NCBI GenBank assembly: GCA_017538895.1
Contig: JAFYHY010000108.1
Span: forward strand, 18,225-82,224
DNA: 64,000 nt
From: Aeriscardovia sp.
GTDB lineage: Bacteria > Actinomycetota > Actinomycetes > Actinomycetales > Bifidobacteriaceae
Reading direction: 5' to 3'
Below are positions 29,323 to 39,934 of the stretch, piece by piece; within the stretch, counting starts at the first letter, position 1; each line of letters begins with the position of its first letter. The position numbers were made by a program, and so were the translations under genes. A model generated the notes under the pieces. It was not told the DNA's origin. It saw only the letters and a list, made by a program, of their open reading frames with translations, and did no database searches.

Positions 29323-30052
29323 AGACACCTGATATTCCACCAACTTTTTCGAAAACGGATGCAGGACGCGAAATCCATTTCACGCGATCAAGTGGCCAAT
29401 ATACTAATTTCACAACGCCAACAACGTCACTGACTGGGACAAGTCCATCATTTTCATTTAAATGGTATCGTGAGTCAGCTGAATTAGATCGGTTATCACC
29501 TAGAACGAACAGGTTTCCTGGGGTCACTACAACATTGAAGCGAATAAGACTTGGCGGGTCTCCTGGTTTCAAATAACTGGTTTCATTGATTGGTTGACCA
29601 TTGACTGTAATATCTCCTGATGCATCACAGCATGCAACATCATCACCTGGGAGACCTATAAGTCGTTTGACAAGAAAACCTCCGCCAGGAACATCATCTT
29701 CTTGTGTAGTGAGCCAATGCCCCGGATCTTTGAAAACGATGATATCTCCTCGTTTTAGCGGTGTTAATTTGCCATCCAGTTTGGAGGTCATGATCCGATC
29801 ACCAATCATGAGAGTGTTTTCCATTGATCCTGATGGGACGACATAAATACCAACAATGAATAAACGGAGAAATGCAACGACCAAAAGAGGAATGCTAATT
29901 GAGAGCACTATTTCACGGATACTTGATTGTTTGCTGCGATGACGAGGATCACTTTTTTTGGGTTTAGTGTGTTTTGATAGAGAGCTTTCTATAAGTGTGT
30001 CGGCGTATTGATCTGCAAAGTTGTCAGACACTGTTTTCGTCTCTTTATCCAT
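29315..30052 (-). CDS. lepB: Signal peptidase I
   Basis: PSGSMENTL (catalytic Ser), VKRLIGLPGD (Lys), GDNRSNSADSR, and one TM helix. Confidence 0.92.
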   Translation of the reverse strand: MDKETKTVSDNFADQYADTLIESSLSKHTKPKKSDPRHRSKQSSIREIVLSISIPLLVVAFLRLFIVGIYVVPSGSMENTLMIGDRIMTSKLDGKLTPLKRGDIIVFKDPGHWLTTQEDDVPGGGFLVKRLIGLPGDDVACCDASGDITVNGQPINETSYLKPGDPPSLIRFNVVVTPGNLFVLGDNRSNSADSRYHLNENDGLVPVSDVVGVVKLVYWPLDRVKWISRPASVFEKVGGISGVYE

Positions 30053-30129
30053 GTTGTCAGCCTTTATACCATATGCACTGCAAGTCTATTATCTGTTTTT
30101 CATCTTAGATACTTTGCTGGAAAAAACAG

Positions 30130-30161
30130 ATGCCCAAGCAAATAAAAATCTGCTTGGGCAT
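30130..30161 (-). terminator. Rho-independent terminator after rplS
   Basis: atgcccaagca / tgcttgggcat forms an 11-bp stem, followed in minus sense by cTGTTTTTT. Confidence 0.7.
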
Positions 30162-30179
30162 TTTTAGTAAGAAAAGCTC

Positions 30180-30545
30180 TCACTTGCTGATGCGGTTGTC
30201 GCGACGCTCACGAATACGAGCAGCCTTACCGTGCAAATTACGCAAGTAGTAAAGCTTTGCACGACGAACACGACCTCGGGAGATCAATTCGATAGAATCC
30301 ACGCTTGGAGCATGGATTGGGAAACGACGCTCGATGCCGGTTCCGAAGCTAATCTTACGAACAACGAAAGTCTCACGAAGTCCTTCACCAGAACGTGCGA
30401 TAACAACGCCCTGGAAAGCCTGAATACGGGTGTGTGTACCCTCAGAGATCTTAACGTTTACCTTGACAGTATCACCAGGACGGAAATCTGGGATAGATTC
30501 AGCTGGCTTCATATACTGAGCTTCAAATTCTTGAACTGCGCTCAT
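30180..30545 (-). CDS. rplS: 50S ribosomal protein L19
   Basis: FRPGDTVKV...[11 protein letters not shown]...[19 protein letters not shown] chose the ATG at 30545, which has GGAGGAA 7 nt upstream. Confidence 0.95.
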   Translation of the reverse strand: MSAVQEFEAQYMKPAESIPDFRPGDTVKVNVKISEGTHTRIQAFQGVVIARSGEGLRETFVVRKISFGTGIERRFPIHAPSVDSIELISRGRVRRAKLYYLRNLHGKAARIRERRDNRISK

Positions 30546-30799
30546 AGGTAGTTCCTCCATCACCGCCACATATCAGTGTAAGTTATGGTCCACGTTTAAA
30601 ATAATTTTTTATACGTTTTCCGGTACGGCTTCTATAAGTTTTCTTATAGAAGAATACTCATCTGTTCTTGATATCAAGAAACTAGACTCAAGGGTTGTTC
30701 CTATGTGGCAGAACGAACCCGAGCAAGAACTTCTTGATTATAACGAGTGAGGCGGAAAAATAGAAAAATATTCTCCACTTCACTCATTATTTTATTTGA

Positions 30800-32383
30800 T
30801 CACTTAGATTCGTGATAAGACTTTTCTGTGTTAACGTTCCAAACGTTTTCTTTAGTTGTCTTACCACTCTTAATATTTGCGACAGCTTCCATTGCAGTAG
30901 CCATCGAATGATCTTGGTTATTGTAATGGTGCTGACCATTACGACCGACGCAATATAAGTTACCAAAATGATCTAACCAAGCAATAAGCTGATCAATATC
31001 CTTATATGTATCGAAGTAAGCTGGGTAAGCTTTTGGTACGCGCTCGCGATGGGAATCGATGACATCATCTGGACTGTTAATAACCTTCATGCGCATCATT
31101 TCTTTAATTGCGAAGTCGCGTGCTTCTTCATCAGTAAGATTCCAGAAATCGTCACCTTCCTTTGTGAAGTATTCCAAGCCAATCCAAACGGTGTCGTCTG
31201 GATTTTGAACAAGATATGGGCTCCAGTTGTTGAAAATCTGCAAACGTCCGACTTTATATCCTGGGTCCTGAACATAAATCCAGTTATCTGGGACAATTGC
31301 TGGATCGCCAAGAGTCTTGATGTCTGTCATGTTGCGAAGGCGAAGCTTCTTGCAGAGTAATCCAACAGTAACGAAGTCACGATATGGAAGACCTTCAGCG
31401 ATATCAGTGATGTCCAGAGGAGCTTTGTCATTAGAAGCGTTGAAAGCTTCAATAAGATTCTTTAATGGCATTGAGCTAATAAAATCATCGGCTTCGAGAA
31501 TTTGTTCATTACCTTCAGCGTCGACATAAGTGATAGAAGAAATAGCACGGTTCTTCTGGTTAATCTTAGTTGCTTTTGCATTGGTAATGACGGTACCGCC
31601 CATTTCAACGATACGTTGTTCGACAACTTCCCATAATTGGCCTGGGCCAAGCTTTGGATACCAGAATTCTTCGATTAATGAAGTTTCTACGTGTCGATTG
31701 TCATTCTTAGGCATAACGCGTTGAATAGCATTCTTTAAAACAGCAAGGATGCTTAATCCTTTAACACGTTGTGCGCCCCAATCAGCTGAGATTTCAGATG
31801 GGTGACGTCCCCATAGCTTCTCTGTGTAGCCTTCGAAGAAGAGTGAGTAGAGAACACGGCCAAAGCGGTTGATGTAGAAGTTCTCAAGATTGGTTTCCGG
31901 TAACTTGTGAACACAAGATTCAAGATAGCTAAGGCCAGCTTTCATAGTTAATGCTGGTCCCATTGCCTTAATAGTATCGCCAGATAAAGTAACAGGATAG
32001 TCGAAGAAGTGCTGATGCCAGAAAATACGGGAAAGACGATGCCTCTTCAGCATAACCATATCAGTTTTCTCAGGATCAGGACCGCCTGGAACAAGATTGC
32101 AAGAGCGTCCAAGTTTCTTGTCATCATATGCTAATGCACCTTGTAATGGAAGAATTTCCTTCCACCAATCCATAATACGTTCATCTTTTGAGAAGAAGCG
32201 GTGTCCACCGATATCCATTCGGTTACCATCATGTTTAACGGTACGAGAGATTCCGCCGAATTCAGAACTTGCTTCCAAAAGAGTGACATCATATTTTTCA
32301 TTGCCACCATCACGGAGAAGTTCATATGCAGCAGTTAAACCGGCAGGACCACCGCCGATTACTACAACGCGATGTTTAGTCAT
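30800..32383 (-). CDS. NAD(P)/FAD-dependent oxidoreductase (amine-oxidase / HemY-like fold)
   Basis: N-terminal dinucleotide fold VVVIGGGPAGLTAAYEL..LEAS...GG. The substrate is unknown. Confidence 0.7.
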   Translation of the reverse strand: MTKHRVVVIGGGPAGLTAAYELLRDGGNEKYDVTLLEASSEFGGISRTVKHDGNRMDIGGHRFFSKDERIMDWWKEILPLQGALAYDDKKLGRSCNLVPGGPDPEKTDMVMLKRHRLSRIFWHQHFFDYPVTLSGDTIKAMGPALTMKAGLSYLESCVHKLPETNLENFYINRFGRVLYSLFFEGYTEKLWGRHPSEISADWGAQRVKGLSILAVLKNAIQRVMPKNDNRHVETSLIEEFWYPKLGPGQLWEVVEQRIVEMGGTVITNAKATKINQKNRAISSITYVDAEGNEQILEADDFISSMPLKNLIEAFNASNDKAPLDITDIAEGLPYRDFVTVGLLCKKLRLRNMTDIKTLGDPAIVPDNWIYVQDPGYKVGRLQIFNNWSPYLVQNPDDTVWIGLEYFTKEGDDFWNLTDEEARDFAIKEMMRMKVINSPDDVIDSHRERVPKAYPAYFDTYKDIDQLIAWLDHFGNLYCVGRNGQHHYNNQDHSMATAMEAVANIKSGKTTKENVWNVNTEKSYHESK

Positions 32384-32474
32384 GTGTTTCCTTTCGTCGC
32401 GATTCTACACAGAACATATTGATGCCTTACCAGTCTAGTGCACAGTGCAAACCACGCAGAATTCAATGATGTGA

Positions 32475-32792
32475 TTATAGTTTGTCAGGAAAACTAAGAT
32501 CAGTTTCTGAATGTTGGATTTCTTCTACATTAACGTCTTTAAAAGTCAAAATACGTACTGAGCGAACAAAGCGCGTAGGACGATAAATGTCCCAAACCCA
32601 TGCGTCACTTAATCGCACATCAAAATAAACGTCTTGTCCTGCTGAACATGTTCTAAAATCAACATGATTTGCTAGATAAAAGCGACGTTCTGATTCCACA
32701 ACATATTTGAAGAGTTTAACAACATCTCGATATTCTTTATATAAAGCTAGTTCTGCGTTTGTCTCATAATTGTCGAGATCTTCTGCGCTCAT
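32475..32792 (-). CDS. Conserved actinobacterial DUF2469-family protein
   Basis: MSAEDLDNYETNAELALYKEYRDVV..F.YVVESERRFYLAN matches my recollection of the DUF2469 family. Confidence 0.7.
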   Translation of the reverse strand: MSAEDLDNYETNAELALYKEYRDVVKLFKYVVESERRFYLANHVDFRTCSAGQDVYFDVRLSDAWVWDIYRPTRFVRSVRILTFKDVNVEEIQHSETDLSFPDKL

Positions 32793-32810
32793 TGGTTCTC
32801 ATCCTTATTC

Positions 32811-33749
32811 TTAATTGTCTGATTCATGATGAGCTTTACGTTTTTTGCGCCACCATGCACGTTTTGATATCTCAGATTTAGTTGATCGATTCCACTGCAG
32901 TGGGAAGACCCATCCGTTTTTGTTATCTTGCTGATCATTATCATCATCTTTTTCAGATTCAGAAATAGCCACTACTTCACCTGGAACAACAGTCAGATTA
33001 TCTTCTGTTACTGATGCAGTAGCACGATAACGCATATAGTCACCAGATAAAATGGCTAAAAGTACTTGATCACGATAGATATTAGATTCATTATCCCATA
33101 ATGAATCTCGTAAAATACCTTCTTTAAAGAACCCAAATGATTGAAGAAGGGCAATACTACGATTATCTGTTGCTGGTAGTACAACGCTAACGCGATGAAG
33201 TCCTAGTCCATTCTCTTGAGATGCAAAAATGTAGGATAAAAGATGTGGAATAGCATCATGTAAATATCCTCTATGCTGATATTCTTTCCGCAAAAAAATA
33301 TGTAAATTAGCTGACTGCGAATACGTACTAATTTGTGTAAGGAAAGCCATACCAATAATATCAAAGGATGGATCGAGAGCTGTGATCGTCCATGCTATTG
33401 TTCGTTGAGAAATTTTAGAAGAATTTTTACAATTAACACTATTCCAGGTCAATGATTCTTGAATACAGCGTTTAATAAATGCTCTTGTGAGACTTTCTGG
33501 ATAACTATGATCATTTTCAGAGGTAAATAAACCAATTTCATCTAAACGATCTAGATCTTGAAGAGAAGCAGGCTGTAACTGGAGTATCTCCCCCATCAGT
33601 GTTGGGACACGTAACACTATTGGCAACATCTCTGAGTCATTTAAAGAATCATGTTGAATATTTGTTGCAATGTTGTGAGATTGATTACACTGACTCATAT
33701 TGCCTTCTTTAGTCATATAAATAGATGTTACGAATGAAAGAACATCCAA
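32811..33749 (-). CDS. GNAT-family N-acetyltransferase (RimJ/RimL-like) with a charged C-terminal tail
   Basis: Acetyl-CoA-binding-like segment QHRGYLHDAIPHLLSYIF..LGLHRV, then ..N..S..LLQS.GF..EG. The start is uncertain. Confidence 0.6.
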   Translation of the reverse strand: MDVLSFVTSIYMTKEGNMSQCNQSHNIATNIQHDSLNDSEMLPIVLRVPTLMGEILQLQPASLQDLDRLDEIGLFTSENDHSYPESLTRAFIKRCIQESLTWNSVNCKNSSKISQRTIAWTITALDPSFDIIGMAFLTQISTYSQSANLHIFLRKEYQHRGYLHDAIPHLLSYIFASQENGLGLHRVSVVLPATDNRSIALLQSFGFFKEGILRDSLWDNESNIYRDQVLLAILSGDYMRYRATASVTEDNLTVVPGEVVAISESEKDDDNDQQDNKNGWVFPLQWNRSTKSEISKRAWWRKKRKAHHESDN

Positions 33750-33785
33750 AGTTGTCTGTGCAGTTTAACCTACACAGACAACTTT
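33748..33785 (-). terminator. Hairpin after gatB (end of the gatCAB operon)
   Basis: 13-bp perfect stem aaagttgtctgtg / cacagacaacttt. There is no U-tract. Confidence 0.55.
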
Positions 33786-33804
33786 AATATCAATTAACTA
33801 TGAA

Positions 33805-35304
33805 TCAGCTGCGAACTTTCTTCATAATTAATGAGCTCACTGTCTTTGCATCAGCCTGTCCATGTGTTGCACGCATAACTGCACCAATAATGACACCCAT
33901 AGGCTTCATATTGCCGCTCTTTAATGCGTCTAAAACGTCTGGATTAGCTGCGAGTGCTTCATCGACGGCTTTTTCGATGGCAGAATCATCATTCATGATC
34001 TTCCATCCGTGTTTTTCGACGACTTCAGATGGTGTTCCTTCACCTTGGAGGATTGCAGAAATAGTTTGCTTGGCGAGCTTATTGTTGAGTTTGCCATCAG
34101 CAATCATCTTTTCGACTTCTGCAACGTTTTCTGGGGTGATTGGAAGATCTTCGATAGAAACTTCACGTTCGTTGGCTTCACGCATAATTTCACCGAGCCA
34201 CCATTTGCGAGAGCCAGCTGCAGAGGCTCCAGCTTGAACGGTGCTATCGATGAGGTCTAAAGCGTTTGCATTGAGGACGTCACGCATTTCAAGGTCAGAG
34301 AATCCCCATTCTTCTTGTAAGCGGTGCTTACGGTGGGATGGCATTTCTGGGAGGGTTGCGCGGATTTCTTCAACTTGCTCTGGTGGAATGTGAAGCATGA
34401 TTAAGTCTGGGTCTGGGAAATAACGGTAATCGTTTGCGTCAGACTTGACACGTCCACCAGCTGTTGTTTGTGTTGCTTCATCCCAGTGACGTGTTTCTTG
34501 GAGTACTTCTCCACCGTCGGCGAGGATAGCTGCTTGACGTCGGATTTCGTAGATGATGGTCTTTTCGATGCCGCGGAATGAATTGACGTTCTTGGTTTCT
34601 GAACGTGTTCCGAGTGGGGCGTCTGGTGATTCGCGGAGAGAGACATTGACGTCGGCTCGCATGTTACCTTGTTCGAGTCGTCCGTTTGATACGTTGAGAG
34701 CGCGTGCGATGTCGCGGATTTCTTTGACGTATGCTCCAGCGATTTCTGCGATATGTTCGCCTGCGCCGATAACTGGTTTGGTGACAATCTCAATGAGTGG
34801 GACGCCAGCTCGGTTGTAATCGACGAGGGAATGGTCAGCGCCTTCGATACGACCATCGGCACCACCAATGTGGGTGTTCTTACCTGCGTCGTCTTCGATA
34901 TGTGCGCGTTCGATTGGGACTCGGAATGTGGTGCCATCTTCAAGTTCTACATCAAGATAGCCTTCACCGTTTGTTGGCTTATCAAACTGAGAAATTTGAT
35001 AGTCGCGTGGCATATCTGGGTAGAAATAATTCTTGCGTGCGAATTGGCTCCATTCGTTAACATGGCAGTGTAATGCTAAGCCGAGGCGGACAGCATTGAT
35101 AACTGCTTGCTTGTTAACTACTGGCAGTGATCCTGGAAGACCAAGGGAGACTGGAGTTAATTCAGTATTTGGGTCGCCACCAAACTCGTAGTGTGCTGGG
35201 CAGAAGAGTTTAGTGTTTGTGTTTAATTCGACGTGAACTTCAAGACCAAAGACTGGATCAAAACGTTTGATTGCTTCGGAAAATTTCATTAATTTTTCTG
35301 ACAT
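33805..35304 (-). CDS. gatB: Asp/Glu-tRNA amidotransferase subunit B
   Basis: [20 protein letters not shown], and a GatB/YqeY C-terminal domain. Confidence 0.95.
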   Translation of the reverse strand: MSEKLMKFSEAIKRFDPVFGLEVHVELNTNTKLFCPAHYEFGGDPNTELTPVSLGLPGSLPVVNKQAVINAVRLGLALHCHVNEWSQFARKNYFYPDMPRDYQISQFDKPTNGEGYLDVELEDGTTFRVPIERAHIEDDAGKNTHIGGADGRIEGADHSLVDYNRAGVPLIEIVTKPVIGAGEHIAEIAGAYVKEIRDIARALNVSNGRLEQGNMRADVNVSLRESPDAPLGTRSETKNVNSFRGIEKTIIYEIRRQAAILADGGEVLQETRHWDEATQTTAGGRVKSDANDYRYFPDPDLIMLHIPPEQVEEIRATLPEMPSHRKHRLQEEWGFSDLEMRDVLNANALDLIDSTVQAGASAAGSRKWWLGEIMREANEREVSIEDLPITPENVAEVEKMIADGKLNNKLAKQTISAILQGEGTPSEVVEKHGWKIMNDDSAIEKAVDEALAANPDVLDALKSGNMKPMGVIIGAVMRATHGQADAKTVSSLIMKKVRS

Positions 35305-35305
35305 T

Positions 35306-36841
35306 TCACTCCTCAGACAGTGAATCGAGCCATGGGGTCTTCAGTTGTGCCCATAATGGTGCTCCCCATTTTTTATTAAATGCAGTTTCGAGAGCAGAAG
35401 CGACACGGAACATTAATTCATCATTCTTTTGTGCTGCTAAAATCTGGAAACCAACTGGAAGATTATTATGATCTAATCCAGATGGGATAGAGATTGCTGG
35501 CAAGCCGGCTAAATTAGCAGGAATGGTGGCAATATCATTGCGATACATTGTTGCTGGGTCTTCTACTTCTCCGATCTTGAATGCGGAGGTTGGAGCGGTT
35601 GGGCATACCAAGACATCGAAATCTTTGAAGGCTTTATTGAAGTCTTGAATCATAACGGTGCGGACACGTTGTGCTTTACCATACCATTCTTCATATTTAC
35701 CAGCGGAAAGAGCGTAGGTTCCGAGGATAATACGGCGCTTTACTTCTGCTCCGAATCCAGCTTCACGAGTGTAGGCCATCATATTTGCAGCTGTTTGTGG
35801 AACATCTGCTGGTGGCATGACACGAAGACCGTAACGCATACCATCGTAACGAGCAAGGTTACTTGAAACTTCAGCTGGCATGACAACGTAGTATACCTGG
35901 ATGCCATGTAAGAAGTGACGGAAACTGACTTCTTCAACATTAGCGCCCATGTTTTGTAAAAGCTTGATACCTTCGGAGAAGTTGTTTTTCACTTCTTCTT
36001 CGAAACCATCGCCTGTTGCTTCTTTGATGATGCCAACACGGAGTCCTTTAAGGTCTTGGTTCTTACCTTGGAGCGCGGCAGCGGTCATACTTGGTAATAT
36101 TTCACGGATAGATGTAGAGTCATGGTCATCATAGCCTGCGATGACATCATAAAGCATTGCAGCATCTTCAACAGTACGAGCGCATGGTCCAATCTGATCC
36201 ATTGAGGATGCCATAGCAATTGCGCCGTAGCGGGAAACTCGACCATATGTTGGTTTAACACCAACAGTGCCTGTGAAAGCAGCTGGCTGGCGGATAGATC
36301 CACCGGTATCAGTACCTAAGGCTAATGGTGTTTCGAAACTAGCAACAGAGGTAGCTGAGCCACCACCAGAACCTCCTGGAACACGAGTGATGTCCCAAGG
36401 GTTATAGGTGTTATGGAAAGCAGAGTTTTCTGTTGAGGATCCTTGAGCAAACTCATCAAGATTTGTTTTTCCAAGGATTGGCATTCCTGTATTCTTCATA
36501 CGTGTGACAACTGTTGCATCGTATGGTGGAATCCAGCCTTCAAGTATCTTAGAAGCTGCAGTAGTTTCGATCCCTTTAGTCACAATCATGTCTTTTACTG
36601 CGACAGGAACACCAGCTAATGAAGGCAGCTCTTCGCCTTTAGCACGGCGAGTATCAATATCATCAGCAACTGCTAATGCTTCTTCGCTAGATCGGGCGAG
36701 AAATGCCTGAAGAGTTGGTTCAGCAGAATCAATTGTTTGTAATTCTGCTTCAACAAGTTCACGTGATGAGATATCACCTTTTTTTAACTTGTCTGCCATT
36801 TGAGCAGCAGTTAAAGTTACTAATTCAGAAGCTTTGGCCAT
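35306..36841 (-). CDS. gatA: Asp/Glu-tRNA amidotransferase subunit A
   Basis: Amidase signature [13 protein letters not shown] and KDMI..KG..TTAASK. I chose the ATG at 36841 after the GGAGAGGAG RBS. Confidence 0.95.
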   Translation of the reverse strand: MAKASELVTLTAAQMADKLKKGDISSRELVEAELQTIDSAEPTLQAFLARSSEEALAVADDIDTRRAKGEELPSLAGVPVAVKDMIVTKGIETTAASKILEGWIPPYDATVVTRMKNTGMPILGKTNLDEFAQGSSTENSAFHNTYNPWDITRVPGGSGGGSATSVASFETPLALGTDTGGSIRQPAAFTGTVGVKPTYGRVSRYGAIAMASSMDQIGPCARTVEDAAMLYDVIAGYDDHDSTSIREILPSMTAAALQGKNQDLKGLRVGIIKEATGDGFEEEVKNNFSEGIKLLQNMGANVEEVSFRHFLHGIQVYYVVMPAEVSSNLARYDGMRYGLRVMPPADVPQTAANMMAYTREAGFGAEVKRRIILGTYALSAGKYEEWYGKAQRVRTVMIQDFNKAFKDFDVLVCPTAPTSAFKIGEVEDPATMYRNDIATIPANLAGLPAISIPSGLDHNNLPVGFQILAAQKNDELMFRVASALETAFNKKWGAPLWAQLKTPWLDSLSEE

Positions 36842-36843
36842 TA

Positions 36844-37140
36844 TCACTCCTCTCCTAAAATCTTTGGAGCTACAAACATTCCTGCTTCAGATACAGGAGC
36901 TCCGGCGATAGCATCCTTCTGTGATAATGGGGTAACAGCCTCATCAGGACGTAAGTATGCTTCGATAGCAATTGGATTTGTTGTTGGCTCAACATTATCG
37001 GTTGGAATATCTTGCATTTGGCTAATAGATTCTGCGATAGAATCTAATTCATGTAAAAAGCGGTCGATCTCTTCATCGTTTAAAGCGATAGAAGCAAGAT
37101 CTCCAATATGCTTCATTTGCTCTTTTGTGAATGTTGACAT
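36844..37140 (-). CDS. gatC: Asp/Glu-tRNA amidotransferase subunit C
   Basis: A 98-aa protein immediately upstream of gatA. LA.I.L.DEE...F..EL..I motif, with the start at MSTFTKEQ. Confidence 0.88.
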   Translation of the reverse strand: MSTFTKEQMKHIGDLASIALNDEEIDRFLHELDSIAESISQMQDIPTDNVEPTTNPIAIEAYLRPDEAVTPLSQKDAIAGAPVSEAGMFVAPKILGEE

Positions 37141-37206
37141 AGCTTCATGGTATCTACGTTTTATGACAGTCTGCAAAGCATATTGATGGCGATTGTTAAA
37201 AAATAA

Positions 37207-37244
37207 AAACCTTCTTTGCTAGTTGATGTCAGCAAAGAAGGTTT
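37207..37244 (-). terminator. Rho-independent terminator after the TrmH-family gene
   Basis: 14-bp perfect stem aaaccttctttgct / agcaaagaaggttt, followed in minus sense by a T-run. Confidence 0.75.
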
Positions 37245-37262
37245 CACGTGAAACGTTAGTCT

Positions 37263-37964
37263 TTATTTGGTCATATGTTGTGCCGCACAAGCATGCATAG
37301 TAACAGCCGCTGCAGCTCCCGCATTGATCGAACGAACTGATCCAGTTTGTGTAATATAGACGATGTCATCTGCAAGATCTAAGGCTTTTTGAGATAAGCC
37401 TGGTCCTTCTGCACCAAAGATAAGAAGGCAACGTTCTGGGAATGCATATGTTTCAATAGGGACAGCTCCAGGAACATTATCGATTGCAATAATGCGCATC
37501 TGAGGGTCTGATTGACGTACTGTGTCCACAAGGTCTGCGATGCAAGCTTCATGCACCACATGCTGATACAGTTCTGTCATTAAAGATCCTTTACGGTTCC
37601 ACTTATGTGGGCCAACAATATGAACTTTGGCGGCACCGAAAGCATTAGCACTTCGAACCATGGAACCAATGTTAAAGTCGTGAGTCCAATTTTCAATTGC
37701 TACTTCATATTGATAACGTTTCCCGTTATCTAGATCATTGCGAATTGCTTCAACAGTCCAGTATCGATAACGATCAAGAACATTGCGAGTATCACCCTCA
37801 TCTAAGAGTTGCGAATCAAAACGCGCATCATAATTAGGGTTTGTAGGATCATCAGGGCGTGATTCATCTGGATGTTCTTGTTCCCAAGAACCTAATCCGA
37901 TTTTACGGAATTCAGGTTCACCTGACTCTAATGCAGCTTTTGTAATTGCATTTGGCTCGGTCAC
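37263..37964 (-). CDS. TrmH/SpoU-family RNA 2'-O-methyltransferase
   Basis: NIGSMVRSANAFGA, LIFGAEGPGLS and SINAGAAAAV motifs. Its GTG start shares one nt with the upstream TAG stop. Confidence 0.8.
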   Translation of the reverse strand: MTEPNAITKAALESGEPEFRKIGLGSWEQEHPDESRPDDPTNPNYDARFDSQLLDEGDTRNVLDRYRYWTVEAIRNDLDNGKRYQYEVAIENWTHDFNIGSMVRSANAFGAAKVHIVGPHKWNRKGSLMTELYQHVVHEACIADLVDTVRQSDPQMRIIAIDNVPGAVPIETYAFPERCLLIFGAEGPGLSQKALDLADDIVYITQTGSVRSINAGAAAAVTMHACAAQHMTK

Positions 37965-38560
37965 TAGTCCTCCAATGTCTCTTGATCTTGTAACTGTGTA
38001 CGATCAAAAACATGAATGAATTGTACTGTCTGTTTCTTTTGTGTTACCGGATTCATCAAAGTTATTTCAGATGGAGCTTGGGTTGTTCCACCAGCTACTA
38101 AGGATAGGATCGCACAAACAGTTGCGCCTGATTGTTTAATAACACCGAAATCAAGATCCAACTCATTTGATTTTGTTAATGTGACAATTGATGACGTTTG
38201 AATATAGGATAAATCGCTTAACCACGCATCCAATAAGATAACACGCTTACCTTTAATATCTGTTCCTTTGATTCCAGGGAAAACAAAATCAAGGGCAAAA
38301 CCGTCAAGAGACTGTCCGCGAGATGCAGCAGCAGTGATCATTGAAGAGACAAAAGGTACCGATGCAGCTGTTAATGCTCCAACAGCATCGAAATCGTCAA
38401 TATCGAATCCATTTTCCTCTAAAACATCGATTAAAGCATGACCAGCTAGGACAGCACCATCATGATTAAAGATAACTGAACTTAACTCAGAAAATGGTTT
38501 GTCACCGATATCTTTTTTAACTAGTTGACGTAACTCTTCACGAGGATCATTCCATGTCAT
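37964..38560 (-). CDS. Hypothetical protein with a degenerate phosphoribosyltransferase-like segment
   Basis: GKRVILLDAWLSDLS resembles a PRPP-binding loop but lacks the acidic pair and the TGGT. The call is tentative. Confidence 0.4.
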   Translation of the reverse strand: MTWNDPREELRQLVKKDIGDKPFSELSSVIFNHDGAVLAGHALIDVLEENGFDIDDFDAVGALTAASVPFVSSMITAAASRGQSLDGFALDFVFPGIKGTDIKGKRVILLDAWLSDLSYIQTSSIVTLTKSNELDLDFGVIKQSGATVCAILSLVAGGTTQAPSEITLMNPVTQKKQTVQFIHVFDRTQLQDQETLED

Positions 38561-38576
38561 ATTCGTTTCCTTCCTT

Positions 38577-39914
38577 TTACTCTATAACGCTATTATCAGC
38601 ATCGGAAAGTAATTCTGGTGCAGAAATTTCTTTAATATTTCCTTTATCACTATCAATAAAATCTACGGGGGCAATATCATCAGGATTTAATCGTTTTAGT
38701 TTTCTAGCCTGTGGAAGAATAGTTCCTTGCACATTGCCGACCACTTTATCGTAGGCTTGTACTGTTTTTGTAATTTGCGATCCTAATGTTGACATGTATT
38801 TGCCGAAAGTACCGAAACCTTTATAAATTCGGTTACAGATATCAAATAATTGTTTCGCATCTTCTGTCAGAGTTTGTTGCTGCCATGAGAAAGATACTGA
38901 TTTGAGAACAGCCCATAATGATACTGGTGAGCATAAAGCAACACGTTTCGAGAAAGCATAATCAAGCAACGATGAATCATATTCTAATGCTGCTGACAAC
39001 CATGCTTCGTTCGGAATAAAAGCAATAACAAAGTCAGTAGAGATATCAAAGTCTTCCCAGTAAGCACGTTTCGCTAATTCATTGATATGGCTTTTCAAAT
39101 TACGTGCATGCTCTGCTAAAAAACGATTGTATTGTGTATCGTGATCATCACCAGTCAGAGGTACAGATTGTGCATTCTCATATGCAGTAAAAGGTGCTTT
39201 AGCATCGACTGGGATGATCTTTTTCCCCGGAAGATGAATAACCATATCAGGACGATCCATACCACCGTGCGTATCACTGAAGCTCACCTGTGTATCAAAA
39301 TCAACATGTTCAGTTAAACCAGATGCTTCAACAATATTTTTTAATTGCACTTCTCCCCAGTATCCACGTTGTTTATTATTTCGTAAGACACTGGCTAGTT
39401 TTGTTGTTTCTTGACTTAATAATTGTTCTTGCTGACCAAGATTTTGTAAACGTTCATGTAATTGACCACGTTCATCTTGACGATGGTTTTCGATCTCTTC
39501 TACTTTTTGTCGGAGTAAATCTAAATTAGAGGACACTGGTGAGAGAGCTTGAAGAATTTTTGATTCTTCAAGCTCTGCCTGATGAGTTCGTTGTTCTTGC
39601 AATGTACGTTGCTCAGCTTCAGTCTGCTGCAACTTGTCAATTTGTTGTTTCAAATATTCAACTTGTTTCGTTGTTTCTTCTGCTTTAGCTTGATAGCGAA
39701 CAACTTCCTGTTGACTCTTGCTGAGTGCAGCACGTGTTTTCTCTAGCTCTTGTATGGTGTTGTCTAATTGAGTTTTTAAGGCATCATCTTGGCTACCATA
39801 TACAGAGTTCTGTTCTAAAGATATGTTTTTAGAATGAACTCTTGTATAGTAAATCACTGTGCCTATTAAGAGGCAAATGATAATTATTATTCCGATGATC
39901 ATATTGTCATGCAA
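38577..39914 (-). CDS. rmuC: DNA recombination protein RmuC
   Basis: N-terminal TM helix, long coiled coil, then the RmuC nuclease-like core (RPD.VI.LP....I.VDAK). Confidence 0.85.
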   Translation of the reverse strand: MHDNMIIGIIIIICLLIGTVIYYTRVHSKNISLEQNSVYGSQDDALKTQLDNTIQELEKTRAALSKSQQEVVRYQAKAEETTKQVEYLKQQIDKLQQTEAEQRTLQEQRTHQAELEESKILQALSPVSSNLDLLRQKVEEIENHRQDERGQLHERLQNLGQQEQLLSQETTKLASVLRNNKQRGYWGEVQLKNIVEASGLTEHVDFDTQVSFSDTHGGMDRPDMVIHLPGKKIIPVDAKAPFTAYENAQSVPLTGDDHDTQYNRFLAEHARNLKSHINELAKRAYWEDFDISTDFVIAFIPNEAWLSAALEYDSSLLDYAFSKRVALCSPVSLWAVLKSVSFSWQQQTLTEDAKQLFDICNRIYKGFGTFGKYMSTLGSQITKTVQAYDKVVGNVQGTILPQARKLKRLNPDDIAPVDFIDSDKGNIKEISAPELLSDADNSVIE

Positions 39915-39934
39915 TCAGAAAAGTGGGACTTTTA

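Noticed and set aside
33800-34237. 145-aa plus-strand ORF antisense to gatB (similar cases: 10982-11398 in serS, 17841-18224 in radA, 7941-8360 over smpB/prfB, 48430-48834, 60803-61264 in glf)
   Set aside because: All are embedded antisense in well-supported conserved genes. They have low-complexity or odd composition, no RBS, and no recognisable motifs.
34401-34943. 180-aa same-strand alternative-frame ORF inside gatB (also 47082-47471 inside the G5 gene)
   Set aside because: It is an out-of-frame overlap with a strongly supported gene. Its Ser/Thr/His-rich composition is typical of off-frame translation.
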